This document shows, piece by piece, positions 10,181-22,449 of a stretch of 64,000 nt of DNA (position 1 is its first letter; the number at the start of each line of letters is the position of its first letter). The DNA is taken from positions 64,001 through 128,000 of the forward strand of contig CAWAUM010000003.1 in assembly GCA_963785235.1 (NCBI GenBank). The letters are read 5' to 3'. The notes beneath the pieces were generated by a model. It did no database searches. It was not told the origin of the DNA and saw only the letters and a list, made by a program, of their open reading frames with translations. Source of the DNA: an uncultured delta proteobacterium (GTDB lineage: Bacteria > Desulfobacterota > Desulfomonilia > UBA1062). A program made the position numbers and the translations under genes.

Positions 10181-11002
10181 CTACCCCTCCCACTTGAGAT
10201 CTTTTCTGATGACTCCGCCTATCCTGGTCTCAAAGCGCTCAAAGAGCTCCTCTACAATCTTTTTAGGGGCTCCCTTGAGCACGATGTTCTCCTTTTGCGC
10301 CCTAGGCGTATACACGTCGATTATCTTGGTAGGAGAACCCTTTGTTCCGAGAACAGCCGGATCGAGACCCAGGTCTGATGCGCTCACCGCCAGGATGTTG
10401 AGGTCTTCGAAGGCGTCCTGCAATCCGGACAGTGGGATATAACGCGGCAGGAAGTGCTGGGTGTTTATGCTCACCAGGCAGGGCATGTCCATGTCAAGCG
10501 TTTCGAGGAAGTTGTCGGAAAGCCGTTTGACCCTCATGGTCCTGGATTTCAAATCCAGGTGATCCACATAGGATATTTCTGGTATGTTCAGCTCCTCGGC
10601 AAGCTGCGGTCCTACCTGGGCGGTCTCGCTGTCCGTTGTGTGGCATCCGCATAAGATAAGATCAAAGTCGGAACAGAAGATCTCAATGGCCCGCGCCAAG
10701 GTATAGGATGTAACATGGGTATCCGCACCCGCCATGGCCGCATCGGTGAGCATAAGGCATCGATCCGCACCCATAGCGATAGCCTCTCTGAGGATCTCCT
10801 CTGCGATGGGTGGGCCCATGGTAATGGCGGTGATATGCCCGCCATGCTCCTGTTTGAGCGTAAGTGCAGCCTCAAGGGCATGTTTGCAGGCAGGGTTCAT
10901 CATGCCGTCCGCAAGGTCCCTCCGCAGCGTCCCTCTCTTGGCATCCCAGGGCAGCTCGGTTGCCATGGGGACCTGCTTGATGCATACAATCATCTTTACC
11001 AT
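10181..11002 (-). CDS. etfB: Electron transfer flavoprotein beta subunit
   Basis: IVCIKQVP, TMGPP, AGADTHVTSYTLA, DSETAQVGPQLA. Confidence 0.9.
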   Translation of the reverse strand: MVKMIVCIKQVPMATELPWDAKRGTLRRDLADGMMNPACKHALEAALTLKQEHGGHITAITMGPPIAEEILREAIAMGADRCLMLTDAAMAGADTHVTSYTLARAIEIFCSDFDLILCGCHTTDSETAQVGPQLAEELNIPEISYVDHLDLKSRTMRVKRLSDNFLETLDMDMPCLVSINTQHFLPRYIPLSGLQDAFEDLNILAVSASDLGLDPAVLGTKGSPTKIIDVYTPRAQKENIVLKGAPKKIVEELFERFETRIGGVIRKDLKWEG

Positions 11003-11021
11003 ATACGTGTTTCCCTTGCCC

Positions 11022-12170
11022 TTATGTCAGCTCATTCATCACGGCGCGCGAGATAACCAGTCGCTGGATCTCGCTGGTGCCTTCATAGATCTCAGTGACC
11101 TTGGCATCCCTGAAATACCGTTCCACGTCATATTCCTTGCTGTAGCCATAGCCGCCATGAATCTGTACAGCCTTATTGGTTACCGTCGAACTTACCGTAG
11201 AGCTGAAGAGTTTGGCCATAGCCGCCTCTTTGCCATAGGGCTTGCCGGCGTCCTTCAAGGCACAAACCCGGTAAACCAGGAGCCGTGCCGCATCAATATC
11301 AGTTGCCATGTCTGCAAGCATGTTCTGAATGGATTGAAATGCAGCGATAGGCTTCCTGAATTGCTGGCGCTCCTTGGAATATTTGACCGAGGCCTCAAAA
11401 GCAGCCTGGGCTATTCCCAAAGCCTGTGCAGCAATACCGATCCGGCCGGCATCAAGGGTTGCCAGGGCGATCTTGATCCCGTCACCGATCTTGCCCAGGA
11501 GGTTCTCCTTTGGCACACGGCAGTCCTCGAAAAACAGAGAAGACACCGGGTTTGCCCTCATGCCGCAGAGATCTTCAATCTCGCCGACAGAATAGCCGGG
11601 CATGTCTTTTTCCAGGATGAAAACACTTGCGCTGCGTGCGGGTTGCGCTGCATCGGTCACGGCAAAGATGAGCGGCAGCGAGCACACTCCGCCATTGGTG
11701 ACGAAGATCTTGGTGCCATTGATTAGGTATCCGCTTCCGGATGCCACTGCATGGGTTTCAACACCCGAGGCATCCGAGCCTGCATTTGCCTCGGTCAGAC
11801 AGAAGGCGCCAATGCACTCTCCGCTTGCAAGCCTGGGGATAAAGCGCTCTTTCTGCTCATCTGTGCCGAAATGCACGATGGGATATATACCCACGCTGTT
11901 ATGGACAGTTACACATAGCCCCATGGCGCCGCTGACACGGGATATCTCTTCAACAGCAATGGCGTAGCTGATACTGTCGAGGTCTGCACCACCGTATTCT
12001 TTGGGGACTTGCAGTCCGAAGAAGTTCAATGGCCGCATTTTCTCCACAACTTCCCAGGGGAAGCGGGCATCCCTGTCCATCTCATGGGCAATGGGTCCGA
12101 GCTCTGCCTCGGAAAATTCACGGACCGCCTTACGGACCAGTTTGTGCTTCATGCAGGGATCTAATCTCAC
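11022..12170 (-). CDS. Acyl-CoA dehydrogenase (butyryl-CoA dehydrogenase-like)
   Basis: AFCLTEANAGSD, NGTKIFVTNG, QIHGGYGYSKEY, EIYEGTSEIQR. Confidence 0.95.
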   Translation of the reverse strand: MRLDPCMKHKLVRKAVREFSEAELGPIAHEMDRDARFPWEVVEKMRPLNFFGLQVPKEYGGADLDSISYAIAVEEISRVSGAMGLCVTVHNSVGIYPIVHFGTDEQKERFIPRLASGECIGAFCLTEANAGSDASGVETHAVASGSGYLINGTKIFVTNGGVCSLPLIFAVTDAAQPARSASVFILEKDMPGYSVGEIEDLCGMRANPVSSLFFEDCRVPKENLLGKIGDGIKIALATLDAGRIGIAAQALGIAQAAFEASVKYSKERQQFRKPIAAFQSIQNMLADMATDIDAARLLVYRVCALKDAGKPYGKEAAMAKLFSSTVSSTVTNKAVQIHGGYGYSKEYDVERYFRDAKVTEIYEGTSEIQRLVISRAVMNELT

Positions 12171-12355
12171 GTTATATTCGCCTATTTGTTCGATTTCTTA
12201 AGCGTTAAGCCAACGACTTGGCGCGAACCATAGCCTAAAAAAGGTCATAATTCAAGGGCTCAGCGAAGTGTTTTAAACTTAGATTTCACGTTTGAATGTA
12301 AGCATTCTTTATATGCCCCAGGAGGCCTTAAGCAAAAACACATAGTGCCACGGAA

Positions 12356-12494
12356 TTTTTTTTAAAAATAGGTCCGTTCAAAACATCAATCTTGCAGCCT
12401 TGAAGGTCCGATAAAACTAACTTTCCATGAAGGCTGCAAGATTGATGTTTTGAACGGATCAGGTTTTTGACTTATCTTATATCCAATATCTGGG
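12356..12494. repeat. Intergenic hairpin element, long-loop copy A2
   Basis: Perfect 29-bp arms 12373..12401 and 12430..12458, 28-nt loop, conserved one-sided tail. Confidence 0.9.
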
Positions 12495-12560
12495 ACAAAA
12501 AAGAACTATTGGATAATTATTCTGAGCTGAATTGATCAACTAACTGAATATTATTTAGTT

Positions 12561-13919
12561 TTAACGGGCTTTTCTTATCTTCGGGGATTCAGGGCTTGGA
12601 GATTCTTTACCGCAGGACACAAAACAGTTTCTCTTCTCTTTTGCCTTGTACATAGCGCAATCAGCATTATTCAGGAGGACATCCGCATCCTGTCCATCTT
12701 CAGGATAGGTGCTGGCACCAATACTCGGTGTCACAAAATCAATCTTAATACCCTGGATTGTATAAGGTTTGGATAAAGTCTTCAGAATCCGTGCACCAAC
12801 TTTATCAATATTTGTCTTTACAGGACCTCCAAGAATTATGGTGAATTCATCACCTCCCAGCCTGCTTACGTAGTCTGTATCACGAAGTATCTCAGTCAGA
12901 CGTGTCGCTACCTGCATAAGCAGCTTGTCACCAACCTCATGGCCATAGACATCATTGACCTTCTTGAAGTGGTCCAGGTCTATGAACAGGAGGGACCTGA
13001 AGTTCTCATAACGTTTGGCATCACGGAGTACCTCGTCTAGCCTTTCAAGAAAGGCCTTGCGGTTATGCAGTCCGGTCAGCGCATCATGGTAAGCCAGGTA
13101 TGCAAGCTCCTGTTCGGTCTTCTTGCGATCCGTGATATCCCTGACTATGCCGCAGAAACCAACAGGGTCTCCATCCCTGTTACGCTGGAGAGAAACCGAT
13201 GCCTCGACATACATTGTCGATCCATCTTTCTTGATCAGTTCCCAGTCAAAGGATTTAGTTGGAGTGCCGGAGACAAAGACATTGTGAAATGTCTCGAATA
13301 CACGCTTCGCATTGGCATCATCGACATATTTTTTATAGCTGAGCCCAACGCACTCATCATATTCATACCCGAGTTGCTGTGGGATATTGTCGTTAAAGAA
13401 GGTAAAGCTTCCCTCCAGATCCACTTCAAAATATCCATCCTCAATGGAATCAAGGATTGACCGGAACCTGATCTCGCTCTCAATGAGGGCCTGTTCAGTC
13501 TCAAGCATATCCGTTACATCCCGCGCAATACCCTGTATAGTCATGGTACCATCGGGATACGTAAATACGTAGTCCTTGTGCTCGACAATACGCTTCCGGC
13601 CTGTCTTTGTAACCAGCCCGATGAGCCCTTCATCGCGTCCATGTTCAACCACCCTGCTTAAATAACCATGAAACTGCCTCTGATACTCCTGTGATAAAAG
13701 ATCCTTTACGTTATGGCCGATCAGTTCTTCTCTGCTGTAACCAAGGAAACCCACAAACCGTGGGCAAATGCCAATAAAGATACCATTAAGATCATGTTCG
13801 AAGATGAACTCATTTACGCTGTTGTAGACTTCAGTACATATATCCGTACTATCACAGGAAGCCCTCTTGATCCGGGCTATTTTCTGAGCGATATCCTCAT
13901 GGGTAAGTTTGTCGAACAA
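12561..13919 (-). CDS. PAS-PAS diguanylate cyclase
   Basis: Two PAS/PAC blocks, HDALTGLHNR, DLDHFKKVND, RDTD I-site and RLGGDEF. Confidence 0.92.
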   Translation of the reverse strand: MFDKLTHEDIAQKIARIKRASCDSTDICTEVYNSVNEFIFEHDLNGIFIGICPRFVGFLGYSREELIGHNVKDLLSQEYQRQFHGYLSRVVEHGRDEGLIGLVTKTGRKRIVEHKDYVFTYPDGTMTIQGIARDVTDMLETEQALIESEIRFRSILDSIEDGYFEVDLEGSFTFFNDNIPQQLGYEYDECVGLSYKKYVDDANAKRVFETFHNVFVSGTPTKSFDWELIKKDGSTMYVEASVSLQRNRDGDPVGFCGIVRDITDRKKTEQELAYLAYHDALTGLHNRKAFLERLDEVLRDAKRYENFRSLLFIDLDHFKKVNDVYGHEVGDKLLMQVATRLTEILRDTDYVSRLGGDEFTIILGGPVKTNIDKVGARILKTLSKPYTIQGIKIDFVTPSIGASTYPEDGQDADVLLNNADCAMYKAKEKRNCFVSCGKESPSPESPKIRKAR

Positions 13920-14241
13920 ATTACATCACCCTTGGTTGAGGCATTGATTTCAGATAATAAAAAGCATACTGCCCCTGGCATCCGTAAAAAAAGGACAATG
14001 TCTTCAATTTCATCAATTTCTCCCGCAATTATATACAGAGCAATTGTGATTAATATCGGGAAAACAATTGTAAAACATTATTATTTTTAAGATGTATCAG
14101 AGATCATTCAAACAAAGGCCTGTGATTTCAATCTGTAAGGATCATTTTATGTAACTATTCAATTTAACTTATTTTATTATATATTTACTAAGATACTTTG
14201 CCCCTCTTGACTTGGCACATGTGGGGCTTATCATATATGGC

Positions 14242-14308
14242 AAGCCTTGGGATTTCATTTCAAAGGGAATATCCCCATAGACCCTCGCTTGAAATGTGCC
14301 CGAGGCTT
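14242..14308. other. Long interrupted hairpin, candidate structured RNA
   Basis: Nested pairing AAGCCTTGGG/CCCGAGGCTT, CATTTCAA/TTGAAATG, AGGG/CCCT; TTGACT-N16-TATCAT at 14207..14234 just upstream on +. Confidence 0.45.
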
Positions 14309-14341
14309 TCATTAAGGATGACGTCATCTGTTATTTATCTG

Positions 14342-14659
14342 TTATTTATCGCGGTGGGACTTGTGACTCTTTTCATAATGCGCATCAAGTATCTTTTTGA
14401 CTGTAGAGCCCTTCTTTTTAAGGACTTTGGAGCCTCGGGTGATCTTGCAAAGGCTGATTCGATATCGTAATGCAATGCTCCTTTGTGTCTTGCCTTCATA
14501 AAGCTCTTTAAGGAGCTGCCATCTCAGGGTAAGGTCGCGAAGTTCTTTCTCGGTAAAGATCTCCTCGAAGAGCGTAATCATCTCCTGATAATCCATAATC
14601 TCGGCAAAGACCTTCTCAAGCTCATGTTCCGGGTCCTTAATTATCTTGCCTGTTGACAT
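14342..14659 (-). CDS. trpR: Trp repressor (TrpR/YerC) family protein
   Basis: IFTEKELRDLTLRWQL...TQRSIA...ISLCKITRGSKVLK. Confidence 0.75.
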   Translation of the reverse strand: MSTGKIIKDPEHELEKVFAEIMDYQEMITLFEEIFTEKELRDLTLRWQLLKELYEGKTQRSIALRYRISLCKITRGSKVLKKKGSTVKKILDAHYEKSHKSHRDK

Positions 14660-14712
14660 AATAAAAGACGTATCTGAAAGGCCATGGTGCTGTCAAAGAT
14701 TTTTTACCTTCA

Positions 14713-14740
14713 TTGACACGTAGGATGTATTATATATAAT
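14713..14740 (+). promoter_or_regulatory. Sigma70-type promoter of xth
   Basis: TTGACA-N16-TATAAT about 45 nt upstream of the start codon. Confidence 0.6.
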
Positions 14741-14785
14741 CCTGCTACACTAAAATGGTACAATCCTATACCTAAGGATATTTGC

Positions 14786-15541
14786 ATGAAACTGATCTCA
14801 TGGAATGTAAACGGCCTCAGGGCAGCTCTGAAGAATACCTTCATCGAAAGTGTTAAAGAAATGAAACCTGATATCCTGTGCCTTCAGGAGACCCGGGTCT
14901 CTCAGCATGAGATTAACGTTGGCCTCGATGGCTATCAGCAGTATTTCAACAGCGCAAAAAAAAGGGGGTATTCCGGAACTGCTGTCTTCACCACGACTCC
15001 ACCCGAAGCCGTATCCTATGGATTAGGCATGGCCGAGCATGACAGCGAAGGCCGTGTCATTACACTGGAATTCAAAGATTTTCAGCTGGTGAATGTCTAC
15101 ACCCCCAATGCCCAGCATGAGCTCTTACGTCTCGATTACCGCCAGAAATGGGATGTGGATTTCCATTCGTTCTTAAAGGAACTGGAGTCCAAAAAACCCG
15201 TGATCTTCTGCGGTGACCTGAACGTGGCACACAAAGAGATCGACCTTAAAAACCCCAAGGCCAACCAGCACAACCCCGGATTCACCATGGAAGAGAGGCG
15301 TGGTCTTGACAGGTACATTGAAAGCGGCTTCATCGATACCTTCCGCGAGTTCAACCAGGAATCCGACAACTATACCTGGTGGTCTTACCGGTTCAATGCC
15401 AGGGCTAAAAACATTGGGTGGCGCATAGACTATTTCTGCATCTCAAAGGCCCTCAGACCGAGGCTCAAGGACGCCTTTATCCTCAAGGCTGTCATGGGTT
15501 CCGATCATTGCCCGGTTGGGATTATACTGGAAGATTCATAA
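14786..15541 (+). CDS. xth: Exodeoxyribonuclease III (AP endonuclease)
   Basis: SWNVNGLRA, LQET, GDLNVAH, GWRIDYF, GSDHCPV. Confidence 0.95.
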   Translation: MKLISWNVNGLRAALKNTFIESVKEMKPDILCLQETRVSQHEINVGLDGYQQYFNSAKKRGYSGTAVFTTTPPEAVSYGLGMAEHDSEGRVITLEFKDFQLVNVYTPNAQHELLRLDYRQKWDVDFHSFLKELESKKPVIFCGDLNVAHKEIDLKNPKANQHNPGFTMEERRGLDRYIESGFIDTFREFNQESDNYTWWSYRFNARAKNIGWRIDYFCISKALRPRLKDAFILKAVMGSDHCPVGIILEDS

Positions 15542-15543
15542 CA

Positions 15544-16276
15544 TCAATCCCCATCAAACTCTCCCCTGAGGTACATGAGCCTTTTGTCCTCAGGGAACCG
15601 TTCAATGGCATAACGGAGCATGGTCCGCGGCATGGTTTTGCTGTGCAGTCTTAAAAATGTCTCCTCTACCGGAAGATCCCGCTTGCCAATCTCCCGGAGC
15701 ATCCAGCCGCATGCCTTGTGTATGAGGTCTTCCTTGTCGCCCAGAAGCGACTCTACAAGAGACAGCGTTAAAGAGAACTGGCCCTTCCTGATGAAATGGA
15801 AGGTCGCCATAACTGCTATACGTCTTTCCCAGAGGATCTTGGAATGTGCGAGCTGTACCAGCTGTTTCCTGTCCCGGTTAAACAGATGGGCACCCATAAT
15901 GTGCTCTGCGCTTAAATCCACAAGGTCCCAGTTGTTAATGAATACGGATATTGTCCAGATAGAATCGGTAGATCTTCTCTTTCATCATCTCATCACTTTT
16001 ATTATAAGATCTCACAAGGATGAGTAATGCCAGCAACCGCTCCTCATGGATAGAAGACCTCATGAGTTCAAGGACCTCTTCAAATCTCAACTGTTCATAA
16101 GTGCGGACCAGAGATCTTAATTGAGGCATACGAAGGCCCATGAATATGTCCCCTTCGCCATATTCACCCGGACCGGTCTTAAAAAAACGCTGGAGTATCC
16201 TGGCATGAGAATCATCCTTGATCTCACAGAGTTTCCGGCGGATTTCACGGATCATGGAATTATCTTCAGTGACCAT
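15544..16276 (-). CDS. DNA alkylation repair protein (AlkD-like), frameshifted near 15938
   Basis: RFFKTGPGEYGEGDIFMG in ORF 15935..16351; DLIHKACGWMLREIGKR and MPRTMLRYAIE in ORF 15544..15921. Confidence 0.85.
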
Positions 16277-16289
16277 TATGATTATTTTT

Positions 16290-17045
16290 CTACCAGCTGA
16301 ACTTCTCTCGCTCCACAGAGTCAGGCGCCACGCCAAGCTTCTGAAGATCATTCATCGCAGATTCCATCATGGGGGGAGGGCCGCATAGGTAAAAGGCTGC
16401 ATCACTGACAACACCGTGCTTTTTCAAAATATCTTCGCTTAAGCGCCCCTTTTCGTAAAAAACATTTGCATACTGTGTATCAACATACCTGCCCACATCG
16501 TCATCACGGCTCAGGCAATGAACAACATTAAGGCTGAGTTCCCCAGACATCTGTTTTATCTCTTCTGTTGATAAAATATCTTCAATGCCCTTATTGGCCC
16601 ACAAGAGTGTTACCTTGTTAGGCCCTTTGATATTCCTGAAGTGACGGAGCACACTCAAGAAGGGTGTTATGCCGACTCCTCCGGCGATCATGACAATGGA
16701 AGGCTCCGCATCGATATCTTTGCAAAATACCCCTAAAGGCCCCATGCACTTCACCGGGGCGCCCGGCTTAAGCTCACCAATAGCAGAGGTGAATTTTCCA
16801 ACCTTTTTGATGGTAAAGCGCAGCAGGGCATCTTCAGGCGCAGCTGAGATCGTGAACGGATGGGGCTCGCTCCAACCGTCAGGCCTCATGATTCGAATGG
16901 AGGCATACTGTCCGGCCTTTCTAAGTATAAATCCTTCACCGGATCCTTCCAGGTAAAGGGAGTTAGTGTCATGGTTTTCGGGGACAACCTTGACCACCTT
17001 CCAGATGTTCTTCTGTTCCTGGCCTGCTGTGGGTGTATCCATCAC
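16290..17045 (-). CDS. FNR-family FAD/NAD(P)-binding oxidoreductase
   Basis: HPFTIS, MGPLGVF, IAGGVGITP, YLCGPPPM. Confidence 0.9.
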   Translation of the reverse strand: MMDTPTAGQEQKNIWKVVKVVPENHDTNSLYLEGSGEGFILRKAGQYASIRIMRPDGWSEPHPFTISAAPEDALLRFTIKKVGKFTSAIGELKPGAPVKCMGPLGVFCKDIDAEPSIVMIAGGVGITPFLSVLRHFRNIKGPNKVTLLWANKGIEDILSTEEIKQMSGELSLNVVHCLSRDDDVGRYVDTQYANVFYEKGRLSEDILKKHGVVSDAAFYLCGPPPMMESAMNDLQKLGVAPDSVEREKFSW

Positions 17046-17343
17046 ATATCCTCCTCACATAATGCCTATGAATATGTCCTTATATTCAGAATGCAGATAA
17101 GAGACCATAAGCACCTTCCATTAATCATATCACGGTTGTGGCTAAATGACGAGCTCTGCACTCACTTGATTATCATGCAATGTGTTGGTACGCAGCTATA
17201 CTGGCAGATAAATTATCCGGTGAAAAAGATGTATCATGCATAATTACCGTGATCATGCCTTACTGCCTCACGGCAGATCAACACCATTGAGCATGGCAAG
17301 TTAATGTAAGTCAGAATCCTTGTGATTTGGTAGTTACTTGGCG

Positions 17344-17868
17344 TTATGCCCCATCAAGCCCGTGATGCTCCATCTCTCTGAACCAGGCCTGCGGGTCTTT
17401 CAAATATTCCTCGATATTCTTGAGGTGGATAAAATTTTCCTGCTCTGAAAGCGCCATGGCCTTAAGCATCTCCTTGCCGGCCGGGTCTTTGAGGGCCTCA
17501 TACGAATTGGATAAAAACCGTGTGGTCTTTCTGACGAACCTTGCCGCAATATCTATGGCCGTAAGGTCATCGAAATCTGCCAGGGCCTTGTCCATACTCT
17601 CGGTAAGCTTCTCCTCATCGTCATCATAGTTGATGCTGCCGATGCTTGCCATCTGGGCCTGACCGACAGTTTTCCCTTTACTTGAAAGCTGTTCATGAAG
17701 ATCTTTCAAGCTCTGGTAATTTTTTTTGCCCTTGTCGGCATAATCATTAAAAACTGCCTTTCCAAGCGGGCTTTTGATACGTTTTGACAGACGTTTGAAG
17801 AATGCAACCTCTCGTCGTTCGCTCTCAAGGGCTTCTTCTATAATGGATAGGGTGTGTGAGCTGTACAT
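17344..17868 (-). CDS. Ferritin/rubrerythrin-like protein
   Basis: Helical protein ending YLKDPQAWFREMEHHGLDGA; ExxH ligands appear degenerate. Confidence 0.65.
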   Translation of the reverse strand: MYSSHTLSIIEEALESERREVAFFKRLSKRIKSPLGKAVFNDYADKGKKNYQSLKDLHEQLSSKGKTVGQAQMASIGSINYDDDEEKLTESMDKALADFDDLTAIDIAARFVRKTTRFLSNSYEALKDPAGKEMLKAMALSEQENFIHLKNIEEYLKDPQAWFREMEHHGLDGA

Positions 17869-18148
17869 AAAAACCTTCCTTTCGATATGAACTGTTCATT
17901 CCATCCAATTACATATCTTACCAAAATAACGAGATAAAATAAAGGATTTTTTCACAATTGAATTATTTCTCTGCAGAAAAGGCGTAACTATACGGCAATA
18001 GATCAATTATTGTTACATATATTACTCGACCTTCGCACCCCTAAATCATGAGATGTGTCTAGAGAATTTATTCCATTGAGTCCCTTAAAAAGGATATGAA
18101 ACGTAAGTCATAGGTATTGACATCCAGGAGATGATATATTAATTCATA

Positions 18149-18175
18149 TTAGCACTCATTAATGATGAGTGCTAA
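18149..18175 (+). promoter_or_regulatory. CIRCE operator (HrcA binding site)
   Basis: Exact TTAGCACTC-N9-GAGTGCTAA upstream of groES; TTGACA at 18117..18122. Confidence 0.95.
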
Positions 18176-18215
18176 TAGTTACAGAAAAATCTTTTCTTCT
18201 CAAAGGAGGACTATA

Positions 18216-18506
18216 ATGAAGATTAGACCATTGCATGACAGGGTTATTGTCAAGAGGATCGAAGAAGACCAGAAGACTAAAGGCGGCATAATAATTCCCG
18301 ACACCGCCAAAGAAAAGCCCCAGATGGGTGAAGTGATTGCAGCAGGTTCGGGAAGAAAATCCGAAGATGGAAAACTCGTGGCGCTCGATGTAAAAAAAGG
18401 CGACAAAGTACTCTTCTCAAAGTATTCAGGCAATGAGATCAAGATTGATGGAGAAGAGCTGTTGATCATGAAAGAAGATGACATTCTTGGTATCTTTACG
18501 AAATAA
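18216..18506 (+). CDS. groES: Co-chaperonin GroES
   Basis: [23 protein letters not shown]; AGGAGG RBS. Confidence 0.98.
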   Translation: MKIRPLHDRVIVKRIEEDQKTKGGIIIPDTAKEKPQMGEVIAAGSGRKSEDGKLVALDVKKGDKVLFSKYSGNEIKIDGEELLIMKEDDILGIFTK

Positions 18507-20153
<1,647 letters not shown>

Positions 20154-20165
20154 TATTTCAAACGA

Positions 20166-20202
20166 AAAGCGGGGGCGGTGCTAATGCCGTTCCCGCTTTA
20201 TT
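20166..20202 (+). terminator. Intrinsic terminator after groEL
   Basis: AAAGCGGG...CCCGCTTT stem followed by ATT. Confidence 0.7.
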
Positions 20203-20351
20203 CCAAATTTTGCAATTAAATGTACCCGTGAATACTCTTCTCATTCCGGTTGGTCTTAATCATAAAACTCATTGTGACGATTACATGAACGAATCAAAGT
20301 ATTGCCTTGTACTGAAATAAGGGACATATAGATATAGTTAAGGATATAACA

Positions 20352-20507
20352 ATGTCATACAGATTTGAGACAATCAAAACAGGCATTACCTTCGGGACCG
20401 CCCTTGCCATGGTTATCTCCTGGTACGTCAACAAATCGGTCTTATGGGCAATCTTCCATGGCCTCCTCTCATGGATTTATGTCATCTACTATGTGATCTT
20501 TTACTAA
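20352..20507 (+). CDS. 51-aa small membrane protein, absent from the ORF track
   Basis: AAGGA RBS; MSYRFETIKTGITFGTALAMVISWYVNKSVLWAIFHGLLSWIYVIYYVIFY*, two hydrophobic segments. Confidence 0.8.
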   Translation: MSYRFETIKTGITFGTALAMVISWYVNKSVLWAIFHGLLSWIYVIYYVIFY

Positions 20508-20582
20508 ACAGCTCTGGTGAATTTTCTAAAAGGGCACAGTTTAAAACTATTTTAGAAAAACATTTTACAAGGATTATTATCC

Positions 20583-21998
20583 ATGGGTAAAATCAAACTC
20601 ATAAGGATGCTTAGGCTTTTTGGGGTATTCTTTTCTGTTGCGTTCATAGCCGGGTGCAATTTTTGGGGAGTGGATGACCTCACTGTGAAGATAACCTCAC
20701 CATCTGGCGATGTAACTGTTGCCGCAGGACAATCGGTTGATTTTCAATGTGATGTGACCTTTGAAGACGGAACGGTCACCTACCAGTGGGACTTCGGGGG
20801 TGGTGCGACAAACAGTACGGTTCAAAATCCAGGTTCAACAACATTCAGCACCATAGGCACCTATACTGTCAACCTTACCGTGACTGACAGCAGCGGGGCC
20901 ACAGCAGATACTTCGGTTGTCGTGACTGTTCAATCTTCAACAGCAACCACCTGGACCAAAGTATCCGCAGGTCAAAACCATGCCTTAGCACTCAAGTCCG
21001 ACGGGACAATGTGGGCATGGGGTCTGAATGGCAATGGCCAGCTTGGGGACGGCACAACCGACAATAAGAACACTCCGACACGGGTAGGTTCTGATAGCAA
21101 TTGGAAAACCGTTGCTGCCGGATCGAACCACAGTCTGGCATTAAAAAATGATGGAACCATGTGGGTATGGGGCTCCAATAACAGTGGCCAGCTCGGGGAT
21201 GAAACAAATACAGACAGGCTTACACCGGTTAAGATAGGATCTGATACTGATTGGACAGCTATTGCTGCAGGTTCAGGTCATAGTCTTGCCCTTAAATCCG
21301 ACGGAACCCTTTGGGCTTGGGGGGGCAACTCGTATGGCCAGCTTGGGGACGGTACAACGGAAAATAAGATCATTCCGATAAAGGTAGGATCCAATACCGA
21401 TTGGACAGCTATTGCTGCGGGTTCAGGTCACAGTCTTGCCCTTAAATCCGATGGCATCTGGTCATGGGGGGACAACTCGTATGGCCAGCTTGGGGACGGC
21501 ACAACCGACAATAAGATCATCCCGACAAAGGTAGGCCTTGATACCTCTTGGAATGTTGTAGCTTCAGGCTCATACCATAGTCTCGCATTAAAAACCGGCA
21601 CCTTGTGGGCATGGGGTGATAACACCTATGGGCAGATCGCCAATGGAACAATGGCTGATCAGACAACTCCCTTACAAGCCAGTGGAGAAAGCACTTGGTC
21701 TTCTGCAGCGGGTGGTGCAGCTGGTGGAGGTTATCATACCCTTGCCATTAAATCCAACGGGACACTCTGGGCCTGGGGAAGAAATACTTCAGGCCAACTG
21801 GGAAACAGTGCGACCGCAGATAAGCAAACTCCGATACAGGTAGGCAGCCAAACCAATTGGACAGCTGTATCTGCGGGCGAGGCATATAGTCTTGCCTTGA
21901 AATCGGATGGAACGCTCTGGGCCTGGGGGGACAACTCGGATGGCCAGCTGGGTGATGGAACACTTATCAGCAAGTATGCACCTGTTCAGATAAAGTAA
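20583..21998 (+). CDS. Lipoprotein with PKD domain and RCC1-repeat beta-propeller
   Basis: Lipobox IAGC, TYQWDFG PKD motif, seven [27 protein letters not shown] repeats. Confidence 0.9.
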   Translation: MGKIKLIRMLRLFGVFFSVAFIAGCNFWGVDDLTVKITSPSGDVTVAAGQSVDFQCDVTFEDGTVTYQWDFGGGATNSTVQNPGSTTFSTIGTYTVNLTVTDSSGATADTSVVVTVQSSTATTWTKVSAGQNHALALKSDGTMWAWGLNGNGQLGDGTTDNKNTPTRVGSDSNWKTVAAGSNHSLALKNDGTMWVWGSNNSGQLGDETNTDRLTPVKIGSDTDWTAIAAGSGHSLALKSDGTLWAWGGNSYGQLGDGTTENKIIPIKVGSNTDWTAIAAGSGHSLALKSDGIWSWGDNSYGQLGDGTTDNKIIPTKVGLDTSWNVVASGSYHSLALKTGTLWAWGDNTYGQIANGTMADQTTPLQASGESTWSSAAGGAAGGGYHTLAIKSNGTLWAWGRNTSGQLGNSATADKQTPIQVGSQTNWTAVSAGEAYSLALKSDGTLWAWGDNSDGQLGDGTLISKYAPVQIK

Positions 21999-22029
21999 TA
22001 ACGTACCTGTTAAAGGTGGCTTTAGGCGT

Positions 22030-22449
22030 TTATTTTCTCTGACTTAAGAAAAGCTCACGAAGATCTATCCGAGGGCAATGGCTTGAATTCAATTCTTCGA
22101 AGGAACCAAAGTTCCACACCTTGGCCTTGTCACCCCATGCAATATACATCATTACATCCTTACCTCCGGCGACATCCATCACTGACCAGAACCGGTAAAA
22201 ATCAACATTGCCTTCTTTAATCGGGTTGTTCTGATCCTTATGCCATCCCATTCGAAGGTCCTGTGTGGTGAACTGCCTGCTTCTCAATGCGCTCAGGCTT
22301 GCGCCCCCCAGGACTGTCGCCCTGGTAAGTTGCTCTCCATAGCCCTTGGCATGGATGCACACCAGCTGCATCCTGGCAAAGGCTACGATACAGATCATGA
22401 GGATGCACAACGCAATCATCACCTCGATCAGGGTAAAGCCTTTTCTCAT
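22030..22449 (-). CDS. Prepilin, PilV-like minor pilin
   Basis: RKG/FTLIEVMIAL class III signal peptide. Confidence 0.8.
   Translation of the reverse strand: MRKGFTLIEVMIALCILMICIVAFARMQLVCIHAKGYGEQLTRATVLGGASLSALRSRQFTTQDLRMGWHKDQNNPIKEGNVDFYRFWSVMDVAGGKDVMMYIAWGDKAKVWNFGSFEELNSSHCPRIDLRELFLSQRK

Noticed and set aside
9375-11726. Long plus-strand ORFs (355 aa, 330 aa) and similar antisense ORFs elsewhere
   Set aside because: They are shadows of well-supported opposite-strand genes and carry no recognisable motifs.
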